Source of the DNA: a virus
IMG/VR virus record: IMGVR_UViG_3300042261_001117
Coordinates: 25,277 to 89,276 of that record
Direction: 5' to 3' (one strand)
Length of the DNA: 64,000 nt
Shown here piece after piece: positions 18,844 through 30,312 of this stretch. The position numbers and the translations under genes are program-made. The notes under the pieces are model-generated. The model worked only from the letters and a program-made list of their open reading frames with translations. It did no database searches and was not told the origin of the DNA. The first letter of the stretch is position 1. The number at the start of each line of letters is the position of its first letter.

Positions 18844-20292
18844 ATGGCACGAAAGCGATCGGCAGCGGACCAGACGCCGCTGACCATCGACGACCTCGCA
18901 TCCGACCCCCGCAACCCTCGCACCATCTCGGAGACCGCGCTGGCTGGGCTTGACGTGTCGGTGACGACGTGGGGCGACCTGTCGGGCATCACGTTCAACC
19001 GCAGCAACGGGCAGTTGATCGGCGGGCACCAGCGGGTTCGTCTGCTGCGCGCAGCCGGAGCGCAGGTGCAGTACGACGAGCGGGGCCCGTTCCTGGTCGA
19101 CCCGCGCACCGACGAGCGCTTCCCGATCCGCGTGGTGGACTTCGACGAGGAGAACCACCTCGCGGCCAACCTCGCAGCGAACGCGCCAAACCTGCAGGGT
19201 GAGTTCTCGGTCGACGCGTTGCCGATCTTGGAGTCTCTGTCCGAAGACCTGCCGGACCTCTACGGGTCGCTCGGGTTTGACGCGCTGGCGGAGACGCTCG
19301 GCGCGCAGTTCAAAGAGCCCGACGCCGGTGGCCCGCGCACGACCACGCCCGGTGAGCACGACGACGACGTCCCGCCAGCGCCCAAGAATGTCGTCAGCCG
19401 GACGGGAGACATCTGGTGCATCGGGAAGCACAAGCTGATCGTCGCGGACGCGGGAGATCGCGCGGCCATCGCGAAGCTGATGGGGGGGGGCGTCGCGGAT
19501 CTGTGCTTCACCAGCCCGCCGTATGGCCAGCAGCGCGAGTACAAGAGCGGTGGCATCAACGACTGGGACAAGCTCATGCAGTCGGTGTGCGCGGCTCTTC
19601 CGATGGCGCAGGACGGGCAGGTGCTGGTGAACCTGGGGCTGATCCACCGCGACAACGAGTACATCCCGTACTGGGAGCGGTGGATCGAGTGGATGCGGTC
19701 GGAGGGGTGGCGGCGATTCGCGTGGTACGTGTGGGACCAGGGAGCGGGCATGCCCGGCGACTGGGGCGGTCGGCTGGCTCCGGCGTTCGAGTTCGTGTTC
19801 CACTTCAACAAGGCGTCGAAGCATCCGAACAAAATTGTGGAGTGCAAGAACGCGGGAAAGGTGTCGCATGGCGTGGGCGGCGACGGTCTTCGCGGCAAGG
19901 ACGGCGAGTTCGGGACGTGGCAGCATGGCGGATCGCCGACGCAGTCGCATCGCATTCCAGACTCTACGATCCGCATCGAGCGACACCACGGAGCGATCGG
20001 CGACGACATCAGCCACCCCGCGGTGTTCCCGGTGGCGCTTCCGATGCACGTGATCGAGGCATACTCGCAGCACGGAGACGTGCTGTACGAGCCGTTCTGT
20101 GGCTCCGGGACCACGATCATCGCGGCGGAGCGCACGGGTCGCGTCTGCCGCGCTGTCGAGCTAGCGCCGGAGTACGCGGACGTGACGCTGGCGCGGTTGT
20201 CGCAGGTGTTCGAGAACATCCAGATCACGCTCGAGTCGACAGGCGAGGCGTACGAGGTGGTCGCGGCTCAACGGGACGGAGGTGACGCGTGA
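18844..20292 (+). CDS. ParB-like domain fused to beta-class N4/N6 DNA methyltransferase
   Basis: PRNPRTI, GGHQR; TSPPY, HPAVFP and EPFCGSGTT. Confidence 0.9.
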   Translation: MARKRSAADQTPLTIDDLASDPRNPRTISETALAGLDVSVTTWGDLSGITFNRSNGQLIGGHQRVRLLRAAGAQVQYDERGPFLVDPRTDERFPIRVVDFDEENHLAANLAANAPNLQGEFSVDALPILESLSEDLPDLYGSLGFDALAETLGAQFKEPDAGGPRTTTPGEHDDDVPPAPKNVVSRTGDIWCIGKHKLIVADAGDRAAIAKLMGGGVADLCFTSPPYGQQREYKSGGINDWDKLMQSVCAALPMAQDGQVLVNLGLIHRDNEYIPYWERWIEWMRSEGWRRFAWYVWDQGAGMPGDWGGRLAPAFEFVFHFNKASKHPNKIVECKNAGKVSHGVGGDGLRGKDGEFGTWQHGGSPTQSHRIPDSTIRIERHHGAIGDDISHPAVFPVALPMHVIEAYSQHGDVLYEPFCGSGTTIIAAERTGRVCRAVELAPEYADVTLARLSQVFENIQITLESTGEAYEVVAAQRDGGDA

Positions 20293-21614
20293 GCGAGCAG
20301 AAGTTGCTGAGCATCGACGAACTGGCAAGCGCTCCATGGAACCCACGGACCATCAGTGATGCGGCACTGAGTGGGCTCGGCGGTTCGATCAAGGCGTTCG
20401 GCGACCTCGCTGGGATCGTCTGGAACGCTTCCAACGGGCAGTTGGTCTGTGGCCACCAGCGCATCAAGGTGCTGCGCGCCAAGGGTGCGACCATCGAGCA
20501 CGACGAACGCGGGCCGTTCATCGTGGACCCGGAGACCGGCGAGCGCTTCGGAATCCGCGTGGTCGAGTGGTCGGAGGATCGCCACGTGGCAGCATGCATC
20601 GCGGCCAACAACACCGCGATCACCGGCGAGTTCACCGCGGACACACTCCCCATGCTCCAGTCGATCGCGGACGACGATCCCGCGCTGTTCGCTGGTGCGG
20701 GCTTCGCACCGCTGCTCGAAGCGCTCGGGATGCAGTTCTCGGACACGCGGAAGGCCGGGCAGAGCGATCCGGACCAGGACGTCGCGCCACCTGCGCCCGA
20801 GGAGACCATCACCAAGACGGGCGACATCTGGCTGTGTGGGCCCCACCGCGTGGCGTGCGGCGACTCGCTGAAGGACGAAGACCTTGTGCGCCGCCTGTTC
20901 AACGGAGGGCTGGCGGACATGACCTTCACCGATCCGCCATACAATGTGAACTACGGCGAGACGATGAAAGACAAGCTTCGCGGGCCGAAGCACAAGAAGA
21001 TCGCCAACGACAACCTCGGCGCGGACTTCCCGGCGTTCCTGCTGGACGCGTGCAAGGTGATCATCGCGTGGACGAAGGGCGCGTGCTACGTCTGCATGTC
21101 GTCGTCGGAGTTGCACTCGCTGCAGAAGGCGTGGCTGGACGCCGGAGGGCACTGGTCGACGTTCATCATCTGGAAGAAGCACACGTTCACGATCGGCCAC
21201 GCTGACTACCAACGGCAGTTCGAGCCGATCCTCTACGGATGGGGCGAGGGCACGAAGCACTTCTGGTGCGGGGCCCGGGACCAGGGCGACGTGTGGGAGA
21301 TCGACAAGCCGAGCCGCAGCCCGCTGCACGCGACGACGAAACCGGTGGCGCTGGCGGAACGCGCGATCGTGAACTCCTCGAAGAGCCGCGACACGGTGTT
21401 CGAGCCATTCTGCGGGTCGGGCAGCACGCTGATCGCGTGCGAACGTACCGGGCGCATGGCGCGCACGTGCGAACTCGATCCCAGCTACGTGGACGCGCAG
21501 GTGGCGCGGTGGATGGCGTACTGCGGCGGGCAGGCGGTGCGCGAGTCGGACGGCTACAAGTTCCCGCTGGACGCTCCGGTGTTCAAAAAGGTCGCGGAGC
21601 AGAAGGATAAGTAA
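20289..21614 (+). CDS. ParB-like domain fused to beta-class N6 DNA methyltransferase
   Basis: PWNPRTI, CGHQR; TDPPY, HATTKP and EPFCGSGST. Confidence 0.9.
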   Translation: MSEQKLLSIDELASAPWNPRTISDAALSGLGGSIKAFGDLAGIVWNASNGQLVCGHQRIKVLRAKGATIEHDERGPFIVDPETGERFGIRVVEWSEDRHVAACIAANNTAITGEFTADTLPMLQSIADDDPALFAGAGFAPLLEALGMQFSDTRKAGQSDPDQDVAPPAPEETITKTGDIWLCGPHRVACGDSLKDEDLVRRLFNGGLADMTFTDPPYNVNYGETMKDKLRGPKHKKIANDNLGADFPAFLLDACKVIIAWTKGACYVCMSSSELHSLQKAWLDAGGHWSTFIIWKKHTFTIGHADYQRQFEPILYGWGEGTKHFWCGARDQGDVWEIDKPSRSPLHATTKPVALAERAIVNSSKSRDTVFEPFCGSGSTLIACERTGRMARTCELDPSYVDAQVARWMAYCGGQAVRESDGYKFPLDAPVFKKVAEQKDK

Positions 21615-21642
21615 GCTCTCGCGCATCGGGTCACAATTCTTT

Positions 21643-21671
21643 TTGACAACGCGCGTGGCGCGGGCTACGCT
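21643..21671 (+). promoter_or_regulatory. sigma70-like promoter
   Basis: TTGACA-N17-TACGCT with AT-rich upstream. Confidence 0.7.
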
Positions 21672-21706
21672 CTCCATCGACAGCAGACCACCAGGGCGAG
21701 GTGGCG

Positions 21707-22204
21707 ATGGACCAGGACTTCCGCGGCAGCACCTACGATCCGAACCAGGACCGCGACCGCCTCATGAACTACACGCAGCGGGTGTTCTCGCTGCTGCTCG
21801 ATGGTGCGTGGCACACGCCCGCGCAGTTGCGCGAGGTCGGCGGCGGTGAGTGGTCGCGGCGCGTGCGGAACCTCCGCGAGCCGCGCTTCGGGGGCTTCTC
21901 TGTCGACACCTCGCGCGACCCGGACAAGCCGGGCAAGTGGCTTTACCGGCTGCTGGACGTGGACCAGATCTCGCAGGCTCAGATCGACGCGGTGATGCGC
22001 GGCGACGTGGACGACCGCAATCCGCTCGCGCCCAGCACGCAGAAGGACCGCGAGACGCGGCTGCGGAAGTGCATCAACCGCCGCGTGGGCCGCATGCCGG
22101 AGGACTGGCTGCGGATGCTCGAGCAGTGGATGACGCACGGGCTTCCGGTGGAGATGGCAAAGCGGCAGGCTGCGAGCGCGCAGCAGGCCGCGCTGAGGTT
22201 GTAG
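21707..22204 (+). CDS. winged-HTH phage protein
   Basis: RVFSLLLDGAWHT...SRRVRNLR..RFGG pattern. Confidence 0.6.
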   Translation: MDQDFRGSTYDPNQDRDRLMNYTQRVFSLLLDGAWHTPAQLREVGGGEWSRRVRNLREPRFGGFSVDTSRDPDKPGKWLYRLLDVDQISQAQIDAVMRGDVDDRNPLAPSTQKDRETRLRKCINRRVGRMPEDWLRMLEQWMTHGLPVEMAKRQAASAQQAALRL

Positions 22205-22213
22205 GGGGTGACG

Positions 22214-23406
22214 ATGGACCGCGCACCGGAGCCGTTGCTGGACGAGTACAAGGGCTTCAAGCTCAAGCACAACTGGCAGAACCCATCGCCCATGGGCTGG
22301 ACGACGAAGGCCTACTACGACGGCGTCCTGATCACGCTGGACCGCGACGCGAACGATCCGCTGAAGTCGCAGGCGGGCGTGCTCATGGTGCTCGACACAC
22401 TGTGCTACTGGGCGGACAACGAGCGGAAGCACAGGGAGAAGTAGATGCGCCTCCAGATCGAGATCCCCGACGAAGAACTGGCGCGGTCGATCGCGGCGAA
22501 CCTACTGTCGCGGCGCGATGGCAGAGCGCTGCTAGACGACGTGCTTCGCCGCATCGGGCCAGCACTCGACGCCGCAGTGCTGAACGCCGCTCTCCCTCTG
22601 GTCGAACGCGCGACGCGCACGTCGGTTTCGCAGATCGTTGAAGTGCGCGCTCGGCGGATGATGGGTAAGGACCAGCCGCTCAAGACGGCTGTCGACGAAG
22701 CGGTGCGGAAGCGCGTCGAGCAGCTTCGGATCGGAGGTGGGCTGTGACCGAGTTCGTGAGCCCGCAGCACCTGCGCGACCTGTGGGACTGGTACGTGCGC
22801 GAGTGCCCCGACGTGAAGATCGACGGCAACCAGATGACCACGCCGGAGGGGTGGGTGCTGGTGCGACCGCCGGAGCCCGTCATCCCCGTCGTCGAGAGCG
22901 ACGCCATGCCGTTCGACGCGCTGCTGGCGATCTGTAGCGGTGGCCAGCCGGTGGGAGCGATCAAGAACCTCAAGTCGCCCAAGTTCGATCCGGAGACGGA
23001 AGCGGCGCTCGCCGCCATGGCGCGCGATGCCGACGAGCACTGCGACCGCACGGAACGACAGCGCTCCGCGGTGATGAGAGCGCTGTGGATGGAGTTCGGC
23101 GCGAACACGTGCACGCTCAACTACCTCGGCGGCCATGACTGCGGGCGGTCGATCATGGTGACGCCCGGTGGTGAACTCGCGTTCGACACGAGCGGGAAGT
23201 ACGCGCTGCGCCCGAAGATGACCACGACCAGCCGACAGGTCTTTGCCATCGCGAAAACCGCGCTCGAAGTGTTCCCGCGAGCGGAGATCGTCTGGTCGCT
23301 CGAGTGGTCGATGTCGGCGTACGAGCGCCGCGGGTTCGAAGAGATGCACGAAGTGCAGATGCGCGACCAGTTGTTCGACGCGATCGGAACGGAGGACCCG
23401 AAGTGA
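22214..23406 (+). other. three coupled hypothetical CDSs (22214-22444, 22445-22747, 22744-23406)
   Basis: Abutting or overlapping ORFs with RBS-like sequences. Confidence 0.55.
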
Positions 23407-23888
23407 TCTCATCCTTCCTCGCGCTCCCGTCCGTCGCTCTGGCGTTGCTGCTGGCGCCGGACGCACGGGTGTCCACGTACCGCGCACTCGAGGTCGCGCT
23501 GGCGTGCGAGGCGTCGTGCCGCGGGACGCTGGTGCGCCCGGATGAGTGTGTAGCGCTCGCGTACGTCGAGACGCGGTTCAGACCGGAGCGCGTGAGCGCG
23601 AAGGGGTGCATTGGTGTCGTCCAGGTTTCGGTCTGCAACTTGCTGGTCGCAGGTCGTCGCGTGAACGCACCGGCAGCGGGGCCATGGGACGTCCACTGCA
23701 TCGCTGGCGGGATCGATGCGGGTGTCCTGGCGGCAGATGCACTGAAACGCGCGCACGGGGCATTGTGGCCCCGATTTTACGGCTGTGGCACGAAGGCGGC
23801 GCGCAGGGGCGACAGAGCGTGTGTGCAGCACGAGATGCGCGTCTACCGCGCCATGAAGCGACTTGCTAGTACGGCGCCGGTGTCGTAA
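23403..23888 (+). CDS. lytic transglycosylase (SLT)-like protein
   Basis: Hydrophobic N-terminus; [23 protein letters not shown] resembles the SLT catalytic motif. Confidence 0.55.
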   Translation: MISSFLALPSVALALLLAPDARVSTYRALEVALACEASCRGTLVRPDECVALAYVETRFRPERVSAKGCIGVVQVSVCNLLVAGRRVNAPAAGPWDVHCIAGGIDAGVLAADALKRAHGALWPRFYGCGTKAARRGDRACVQHEMRVYRAMKRLASTAPVS

Positions 23889-23891
23889 AAT
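23863..23891 (+). promoter_or_regulatory. sigma70-like promoter of the HNH gene
   Basis: TTGCTA-N17-TAAAAT. Confidence 0.6.
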
Positions 23892-23897
23892 GATCCC

Positions 23898-24007
23898 GCT
23901 TGTGACCGCTTGCTTCGGCAAGCACGACAACTTGGTTCCTCACGGTGGCGGTGGGCATCTTCCCTTCGGGGCAAGCGGCACAAGCAACCACCGCCCCGTG
24001 GGGAGCC
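23898..24007 (+). ncRNA. putative structured 5' leader (A-B-UUCG-A'-B')
   Basis: Interleaved inverted repeats of about 15 and 20 bp plus two cTTCGg hairpins. Confidence 0.55.
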
Positions 24008-24024
24008 TCGCTTACGGTGCTGAA

Positions 24025-24690
24025 ATGCCACGAAAAGCGCTATATGGTGACGATCGCCTGGGCGCTATCATAAACATGATTGCAGTAAAGTCGATTGTTA
24101 AAGACGGATGTCTGATATACACTGGTTGTAAGGATGGTAGGTACCCATACGCGGAGGTGGATGGTCGCCATATTGCATTAAGCAGACTGATATACGCGAT
24201 TGTTTTTGGCAACATACCGGATGGTATGTACGTATGCCATAGATGCGACAACAAGCGCTGTGTAAACCCGGATCACCTGTTCATTGGCACACCGGCAGAC
24301 AACACGCACGACATGATGAACAAAGGGCGTCAAAGATTCGATTTGTCGCGTCCCGGGCGGGCGGCGGAGGTCGGGAATATAGGGTGGAGCGGAAAAACGA
24401 CAAGGGGACAACGCATCGTTGAGTTATTACGCGACGGAGTTGAGCGAACAACGCGTAATGTTGCAGAGCATCTTGGGTGCGATGTGTCTGCGGCAAAGCA
24501 AAGTTTGAAACTAGAACAAGAACATGGGAGAATCAATGTAAGGAAAGTCGCGCTTGTTACAATAAAAACCGGCGCAGTGCCAATATCACGCACAAAAAAA
24601 CGCTATCGCGAGTCCAGTAGGCGCTTGGTTAGTATGTGGTCAATACACTGCAATACGCTTGCCATCCTACGACACCGGAAGGAGACCTGA
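24025..24690 (+). CDS. HNH homing endonuclease with C-terminal HTH
   Basis: [28 protein letters not shown]; clearly lower GC than flanks. Confidence 0.88.
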   Translation: MPRKALYGDDRLGAIINMIAVKSIVKDGCLIYTGCKDGRYPYAEVDGRHIALSRLIYAIVFGNIPDGMYVCHRCDNKRCVNPDHLFIGTPADNTHDMMNKGRQRFDLSRPGRAAEVGNIGWSGKTTRGQRIVELLRDGVERTTRNVAEHLGCDVSAAKQSLKLEQEHGRINVRKVALVTIKTGAVPISRTKKRYRESSRRLVSMWSIHCNTLAILRHRKET

Positions 24691-24691
24691 C

Positions 24692-25030
24692 GTGGAGTGC
24701 ACGCGCTGCGGGAACTGTTGCAAGACCTACCCGTGCCATCTCTGGCTTTATCAGTGGACGATGGACGGGGGTTCACCGCCGAAAGCTCCGCACGCGTGTC
24801 CGGATCTCCGCCCGATGGACGACGGCACGTGGATCTGCGGCGTGCTGGAGAACGCGCGGTTCCACGTCCAGATTGGCATGCGACCCGGCGGCTGGGACGG
24901 GCTGGTCGCTCGGCTGCTGCTGGTCGGAGACGGCTGCACCGCGACGGATCGCGTGCGGCGCGGGGAGCTTCTGCGCGAGGTTCCCGCTGACACGTTGCGG
25001 GCGATGACGATCGAAAGGGACGAGCCATGA
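24692..25030 (+). CDS. CxxCxxCC (YkgJ-like) Cys-cluster protein
   Basis: CTRCGNCC and CPDL motifs; AAGGAG RBS. Confidence 0.6.
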   Translation: MECTRCGNCCKTYPCHLWLYQWTMDGGSPPKAPHACPDLRPMDDGTWICGVLENARFHVQIGMRPGGWDGLVARLLLVGDGCTATDRVRRGELLREVPADTLRAMTIERDEP

Positions 25031-27261
25031 CCGACGACGAACTGTTTGCGATGGACCCCGTCGACCGCGCGTGGGCGGTGCTGGACATCACGTACCGCGG
25101 GCGCCACCACCTCCCGAGCGGCGGGCGCAACGTGACCGTCCACCGGAACGGCAACTGGACGTACCTCGAGGCCAACGTCATCGCGCAGTTGGCCACGTTC
25201 GACTACGACGAGTTGTCGCGGCTGGTGTTCGCGGCGCACGACTACTGCGTGCGCGTGGAGATCGCGCAGTCGGGACGCGGGATGGTCAAGCTGCTGCTGC
25301 ACCCGAGGAACACGCGCGAGGGATCGACGATGGTGCGGCACCCCGGGCTGACCGACGCGTACACGGCGTACAAGGAGCGAGGAAACTGACCATGGGCGAT
25401 CGAACGTGGGACCAGGAGTTCGACGAGTGGGACGGCGTACTGGAAGAGCATGCTCGCGTGCGAACCGGATCGCCGCTGGTCGTTGAGAAGCTGCGCGACT
25501 TCCTGCGCCGCGCGAAGGCCAACCTCGCGGAGTGCGTGAAGCTCGCAGACCGGCTGCAGGACCGCGCGGAGAAAGCGGAGAGCGCACTGGACATCGCACC
25601 GGCGTCGTTCGCGGTGCAGAAGCGGATCGTGCGCTGCCCGCACTGCTACACGCCGATGGAAGTGTGGGCGAAGGAGCCGGACGAGCCGTTCTCGACGACT
25701 TGCCCGCGCTGCACGTATTCGTTCGACGTGGTGTTCCGCGAGCGCGCGGTGGCGGTCGACGCGGAAAGGGCGGAGAACGAACTGGCTCGTGGCAACATGC
25801 ACGAGGCGACGTACCATCCCGGCGGTCTGCTGGAGTGGGCGGCGCAGCAGATCGGGTCGCTCGGCGCACGGCTGAAGCTCCGCGAGGAGGTCATCGAGCG
25901 CTTCGAACTGGAGCGCGCGGGCATGCGCGCGGACATCAACCGGCTGTGCGATGCTCGCGAGCGGGTGGCGATGCTGATTCCGCTCGGAGAGGACTCGGGA
26001 ACTGTCGAGGACAACCTCGAGCGCTACATTGCTCGGCTGAAGGCGCTGTTGGAAGAGCAGCGCGCGTGTCTGGAGAGCTACGCTGCTACGCGGGAGGAAC
26101 CATGACGCCCAGTGACAAGTGCCCGGTGTGCGGCGCGCGGTCGGTCGATGATATCGTGGCGCTGTACGAGTGCGGAAAAGGAGGACGCGCAGACCCGTGT
26201 CCGCACGCGGAGGGCATGCTGTTCGAAGCGCGCGCGGAGATCGCGCGGCTGGAATCCAAGCTCAACGAATCGTGCGGGATGATGGTGCTCCAGACGATGG
26301 AGACCGGAAAGCTTCGGCTGGCGCTGACCGGGCTGGCCGGTCTTGATCCGCTCGATCCAGCGGTCACCATCGAATCCTGCGTGAAGCGCATCGAACAGCG
26401 CGAGCGCAACACGAAACTGGTGGCGGTGGAAGAGGCATCGAAGCTGATCGACAAGCGCATCGCGGAGGAAGTCGAACCGCGCATCCGGCATGCAGCGGAT
26501 GAACTTGGCGCACTTCGCGCAGAGGTCGACCGACTCAACGCCGAGGCCAACCGTCTCGTGCTGCTCGCGGTCAAGCACGGCGTGCCGGAGAAAGAGATCC
26601 AGTCGATCATCGTCGGATGGAACCCATGAATCCCCGCAAGCCTCGCTACCGCCACGCGCCCGGCGAACCGCTCGAGCTTCACTGGGACGAGACGCCAGAC
26701 GAGTGGTACTGCCACGGACACGTCACGAAGGAGCAGTGGCTGGAGTCGTGCCTGTTCATGGTCAACGAGCACTTCGTGGTGGACGGCAACGATCCGGACA
26801 ACGAGCCCGACGACCCGGACGACCTCGTCGAGGTGTCGACGGACCCGCGCGACTGGGTCATCCGCCACGTGTGGGCGCGGTGGGAAATCTGTGCGGGCGA
26901 CACGGAGTACACGGACGACTCGTGGTACCGGGAGTTCCGCGAGTACCGAGATCGCGAGCGCGGAGCGTTTCCGGTGACGTGCGGGACGCCTGTCGACTGG
27001 CTGGTCGAGGATCAGAACGACCGCATCGACCGCGAAGTGCAGGAGATCACCGAAGCGCGGCTGCTGGAGAGCCTGTTTCCCGGTGCGGAGGTGCGAACGA
27101 AGCCGTGGCCGGAGGCTCGCTACCCGGGGTGGTTCGGCTGGACGCAGATCGAAGCCACGGACCACGGGCGGCGCTACGTCGTGGACGGGAAGGACTACTT
27201 CGCGCGGATCAGCAAAGGCGACATCGGCTACTGGCTGGCGACGAAGATCGGAAGAGTGTGA
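25027..27261 (+). other. four coupled hypothetical CDSs (25027-25389, 25392-26105, 26102-26629, 26626-27261)
   Basis: ATGA overlaps; Zn-ribbon CxxC pairs and coiled coils. Confidence 0.55.
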
Positions 27262-27271
27262 GGAGCAGACG

Positions 27272-27982
27272 ATGAGAACGATCCGCATGCCGTTCAAGAT
27301 CGAGATGGTCTGCGCGGTGCTCGGGCTGCCAGACCCCGCCGGACGTGCGCGCCCGCTCAAGCGCGTGACGCGCCGCCCGATCAACACCCGCAACAGCGAG
27401 AGCGGCTCGTGCCCGACGAACTGGTGTGACCTCGAGCACCCGATCGCCGCCGACCCCAACAGCCCGTTCGGAGCGCACTGGAAGTGCAAGCTCACGCCGG
27501 AGGCCGCGCGGTTCTACGGCGACGACTCCACGGTGCACCGCGTGCGCCCGCGCATGCAGCCCGGCGACGCGATGATCCTCTGCGAGCCGCTGGTGAAGCG
27601 GTTCATCGCTGGCAACGTCGCGTGCTACGAGTCGGACGGATCGATGGTGTTGTGCAACGACGAGACGGTCGACTGGCGCTGGCGTCACGATCGCCTTTCG
27701 GGCATGTACATGCCGCGGTCCATGGTGCGCTACGTGCTTCCGATCGAGAGCGTGCTGCCATCGGTGGTCGGCGACGTCACCGACGCGGAAGCGTGGATGG
27801 AGGGCTTCGAGTCGCGCGAGGAGTTCCTGGCGCTCTGGAGCACCATCCACCCCGGCGGGCGAGACGACACGCCGCTGTGGCGATACCAGTTCGGAGACCC
27901 CGTGCTGGTGAAGACCGGCTTCCACAAGTACACGGGGCTGGCGATCGACCCGCTGCTGCGCGACGAACAAGAAGCGGACTGA
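27272..27982 (+). CDS. ASCH/PUA-like domain protein
   Basis: VTRR, PGD and DVTDAEAWMEGFESREEFLALW...W.YQF. Confidence 0.65.
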   Translation: MRTIRMPFKIEMVCAVLGLPDPAGRARPLKRVTRRPINTRNSESGSCPTNWCDLEHPIAADPNSPFGAHWKCKLTPEAARFYGDDSTVHRVRPRMQPGDAMILCEPLVKRFIAGNVACYESDGSMVLCNDETVDWRWRHDRLSGMYMPRSMVRYVLPIESVLPSVVGDVTDAEAWMEGFESREEFLALWSTIHPGGRDDTPLWRYQFGDPVLVKTGFHKYTGLAIDPLLRDEQEAD

Positions 27983-28126
27983 GGTGATCGATGAACGAGT
28001 ACGGCGCCGAGTGGTTGCTGGGATGGTGCGTCGGGACGTTCGTCTGCCTCGCGCTGTACGGTGCGTGGCTGAAGTACGGCTGGCGCATCGGCGAGTGGCT
28101 CAAGCGGCTCAAGCGGAGGTGACGCG

Positions 28127-30310
28127 ATGGATCTGCAAGAGCGTTGTTCCTGTGACCGTGAGCCATGCGAGTGCGTCGTGACCAAGAAGCAGGCGTCCAG
28201 GTTCAAGCGTGCCATTCGCGCGCTGAACGACTTGATGGCAGAGGTCAACAAAACGCATCCAAACGCCTGCTGGTATCTGGACGGGACGGGGAACATGAAC
28301 TTGATGTCTGGCGTCAGCCATGTCGGTGGAGGACGTCAGCGTCAGGATAGGATCATGGAGAGCGTCGTGCTGTGCGGGTCGAGTGGCGGGGACTGGTGAC
28401 GCCATGGCCCACGAATGTCCGGACTGCGGGCAGGTCTGCCACTGCTCCGGAGACATCGACGACTGCGTGTTCAACGTCGACTCCTACGTCGAGGCGTGCG
28501 TCCATTGCATGGGCGTGGACGAGCCACCGGACGATGGAGACGACTGCGGGCAGTGCGGAACGTGCGCAGAGTGCGCGGAAGCAACGCGCGAGTACGTGGA
28601 AGGAGTCGGCATGAACGCAGTGAAGCGGTACACGCTCGATACGACGATCGGAATCCTCCGCGAGGCGGAAGACGGGTGGCTGGTGCGGCTCGAGGACGTC
28701 CAGCACCTGCTGGACCGCAATCGCGACCTCGAGGACGACGCTGCGAAGTGGAAGCTCTTCATGCACCACGTCGCGCAGGCAGCGGGCGTGACCGGCGTCA
28801 TGGAGCACGACGCGGGCGGCATCGTCTACGCGGTGCGGCGTCTCGCGGAGGACTCGCTGCGTCTGCGGAAGTTCGAAGAGGCGTACGAATGAAGCCCGTG
28901 TTCTCCAGCGTTCGGTGCGTGGGCGGCGTGCTCGACGGCCACTTCATTGACCTGACCGGTACGGTACTGGAGCCCGTGCGCGGCCACGTCTACCTGCTGC
29001 GGTGCGCGAAGATCATCGCGGCTGACGGCGGCGGCGGCCCGTGCGGAGATGACTCGTACGTGTACTTCATGTCGCCGTACCGCAACGACCAGACGCCAGA
29101 AGACGCGACCCATGAAGCGCTGCATACGCTGTTCGGCGGCGCGGTGATCACGAAGGCGGAAGCAGACAGCTACAGGAACCCGTTGACAGGGGGCGACCGA
29201 TGTTGAAACGGTACGACGGTGCGGTGTTGGAGGAGTGCGCGACGGGCGACTACGTGCTCTACCGGCACGCGCAGAAGGAGATCGACTGCTTGAACGCGCT
29301 GGTCGCGAAGCAAGCGGATGCCATCCGTGCCAGCGACGCGCTGGTGAACGACTGCGAAGGCCTCCGCGGCGCGCTGCAGATGCTCTACGCGGAGCGCGAT
29401 GCGCTGAAGGACGACGCGGTGTGTCTCAGCGAGTTGATCCACGAGGCCGTCGATCGCCTCTGCGAGTCGCTGCACGCTCTCCGTCCGCTGCCCGGCTGGC
29501 ACGAGTGGGCGGTCGGAGTGGAGGAGTTGATCGACCGGCTGAACTTCGCGCCGCGGCACAAGCGGGACGTCATCGATCGCCCGCCGGACGGCATGGACGG
29601 GCTTCGAGACGTGGACCATGCGTGCTACGAGTTCAAGCGCGGCACGCCGAGCGGCGACTGCGAGAGCGACGGGCACCACCTGTGCAGCGAGTGCGCAGAG
29701 ATGAAACCGGAGGAGGAGCACCATGGGTGACAGGAAGTTCAAGACGATCATCAAGCACGGGCTGCCGGTGTGCAACTGCGAGAACGGCGACTGCCCCGGA
29801 TGCGAAGGGTACGCGGACGAGGTGCGCGCGACCTGCCTCGCGGACATCAAGCTGGCCATCGCGGAGCGCGAGGACGCCGCCCGCGTTCGCGACGCCGCGC
29901 TCGACGCCATCGACGCGGAGCCCGAATTCCCCGGTGACCTGCGCGATGTGCACCCGGAGATGGCTGCCGCGCTCGAGAATGCGTTGCGGGAGAACGACCT
30001 CGATCTGCTCGTGCACGCGATGCGCGTGGCGGTGCGGCTGACGAAGGCAGGAATCCGCGAGCGGTTCCTGGCGGCGAGCCCGCGGCGCCCGGTGGCGGTG
30101 GAGTGGACGACGCTCGGAGCGGGCGATCCGGTCAGCGTCCACGTCGCGACTCGTTGCGGAGACGTGGTGGCGGTGGTCTTCGACCAGGACCATGACTGCT
30201 TGGCGATCACGGCTGGCGGCTGCACGAAGTTCGGGCCACATGCGACGAAGATGCGCGAGTGGGCGGAGCACCAGTTGTGCTCCGGCGAGAACCAGACGGA
30301 CGGGCGGTGA
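28127..30310 (+). other. five small hypothetical CDSs (28127-28399, 28404-28892, 28889-29206, 29200-29730, 29723-30310)
   Basis: Tightly packed, several Cys-rich. Confidence 0.5.
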
Positions 30311-30312
30311 CC

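Noticed and set aside
21613-21624. AAGCTCTCGCGC shared with 10491-10502
   Set aside because: A single 12-mer match in different positions relative to the promoters; compatible with chance
23898-24690. Group I intron hosting the HNH
   Set aside because: Flanking ORFs are complete and unrelated, and no catalytic core elements were recognised; cmscan would settle it
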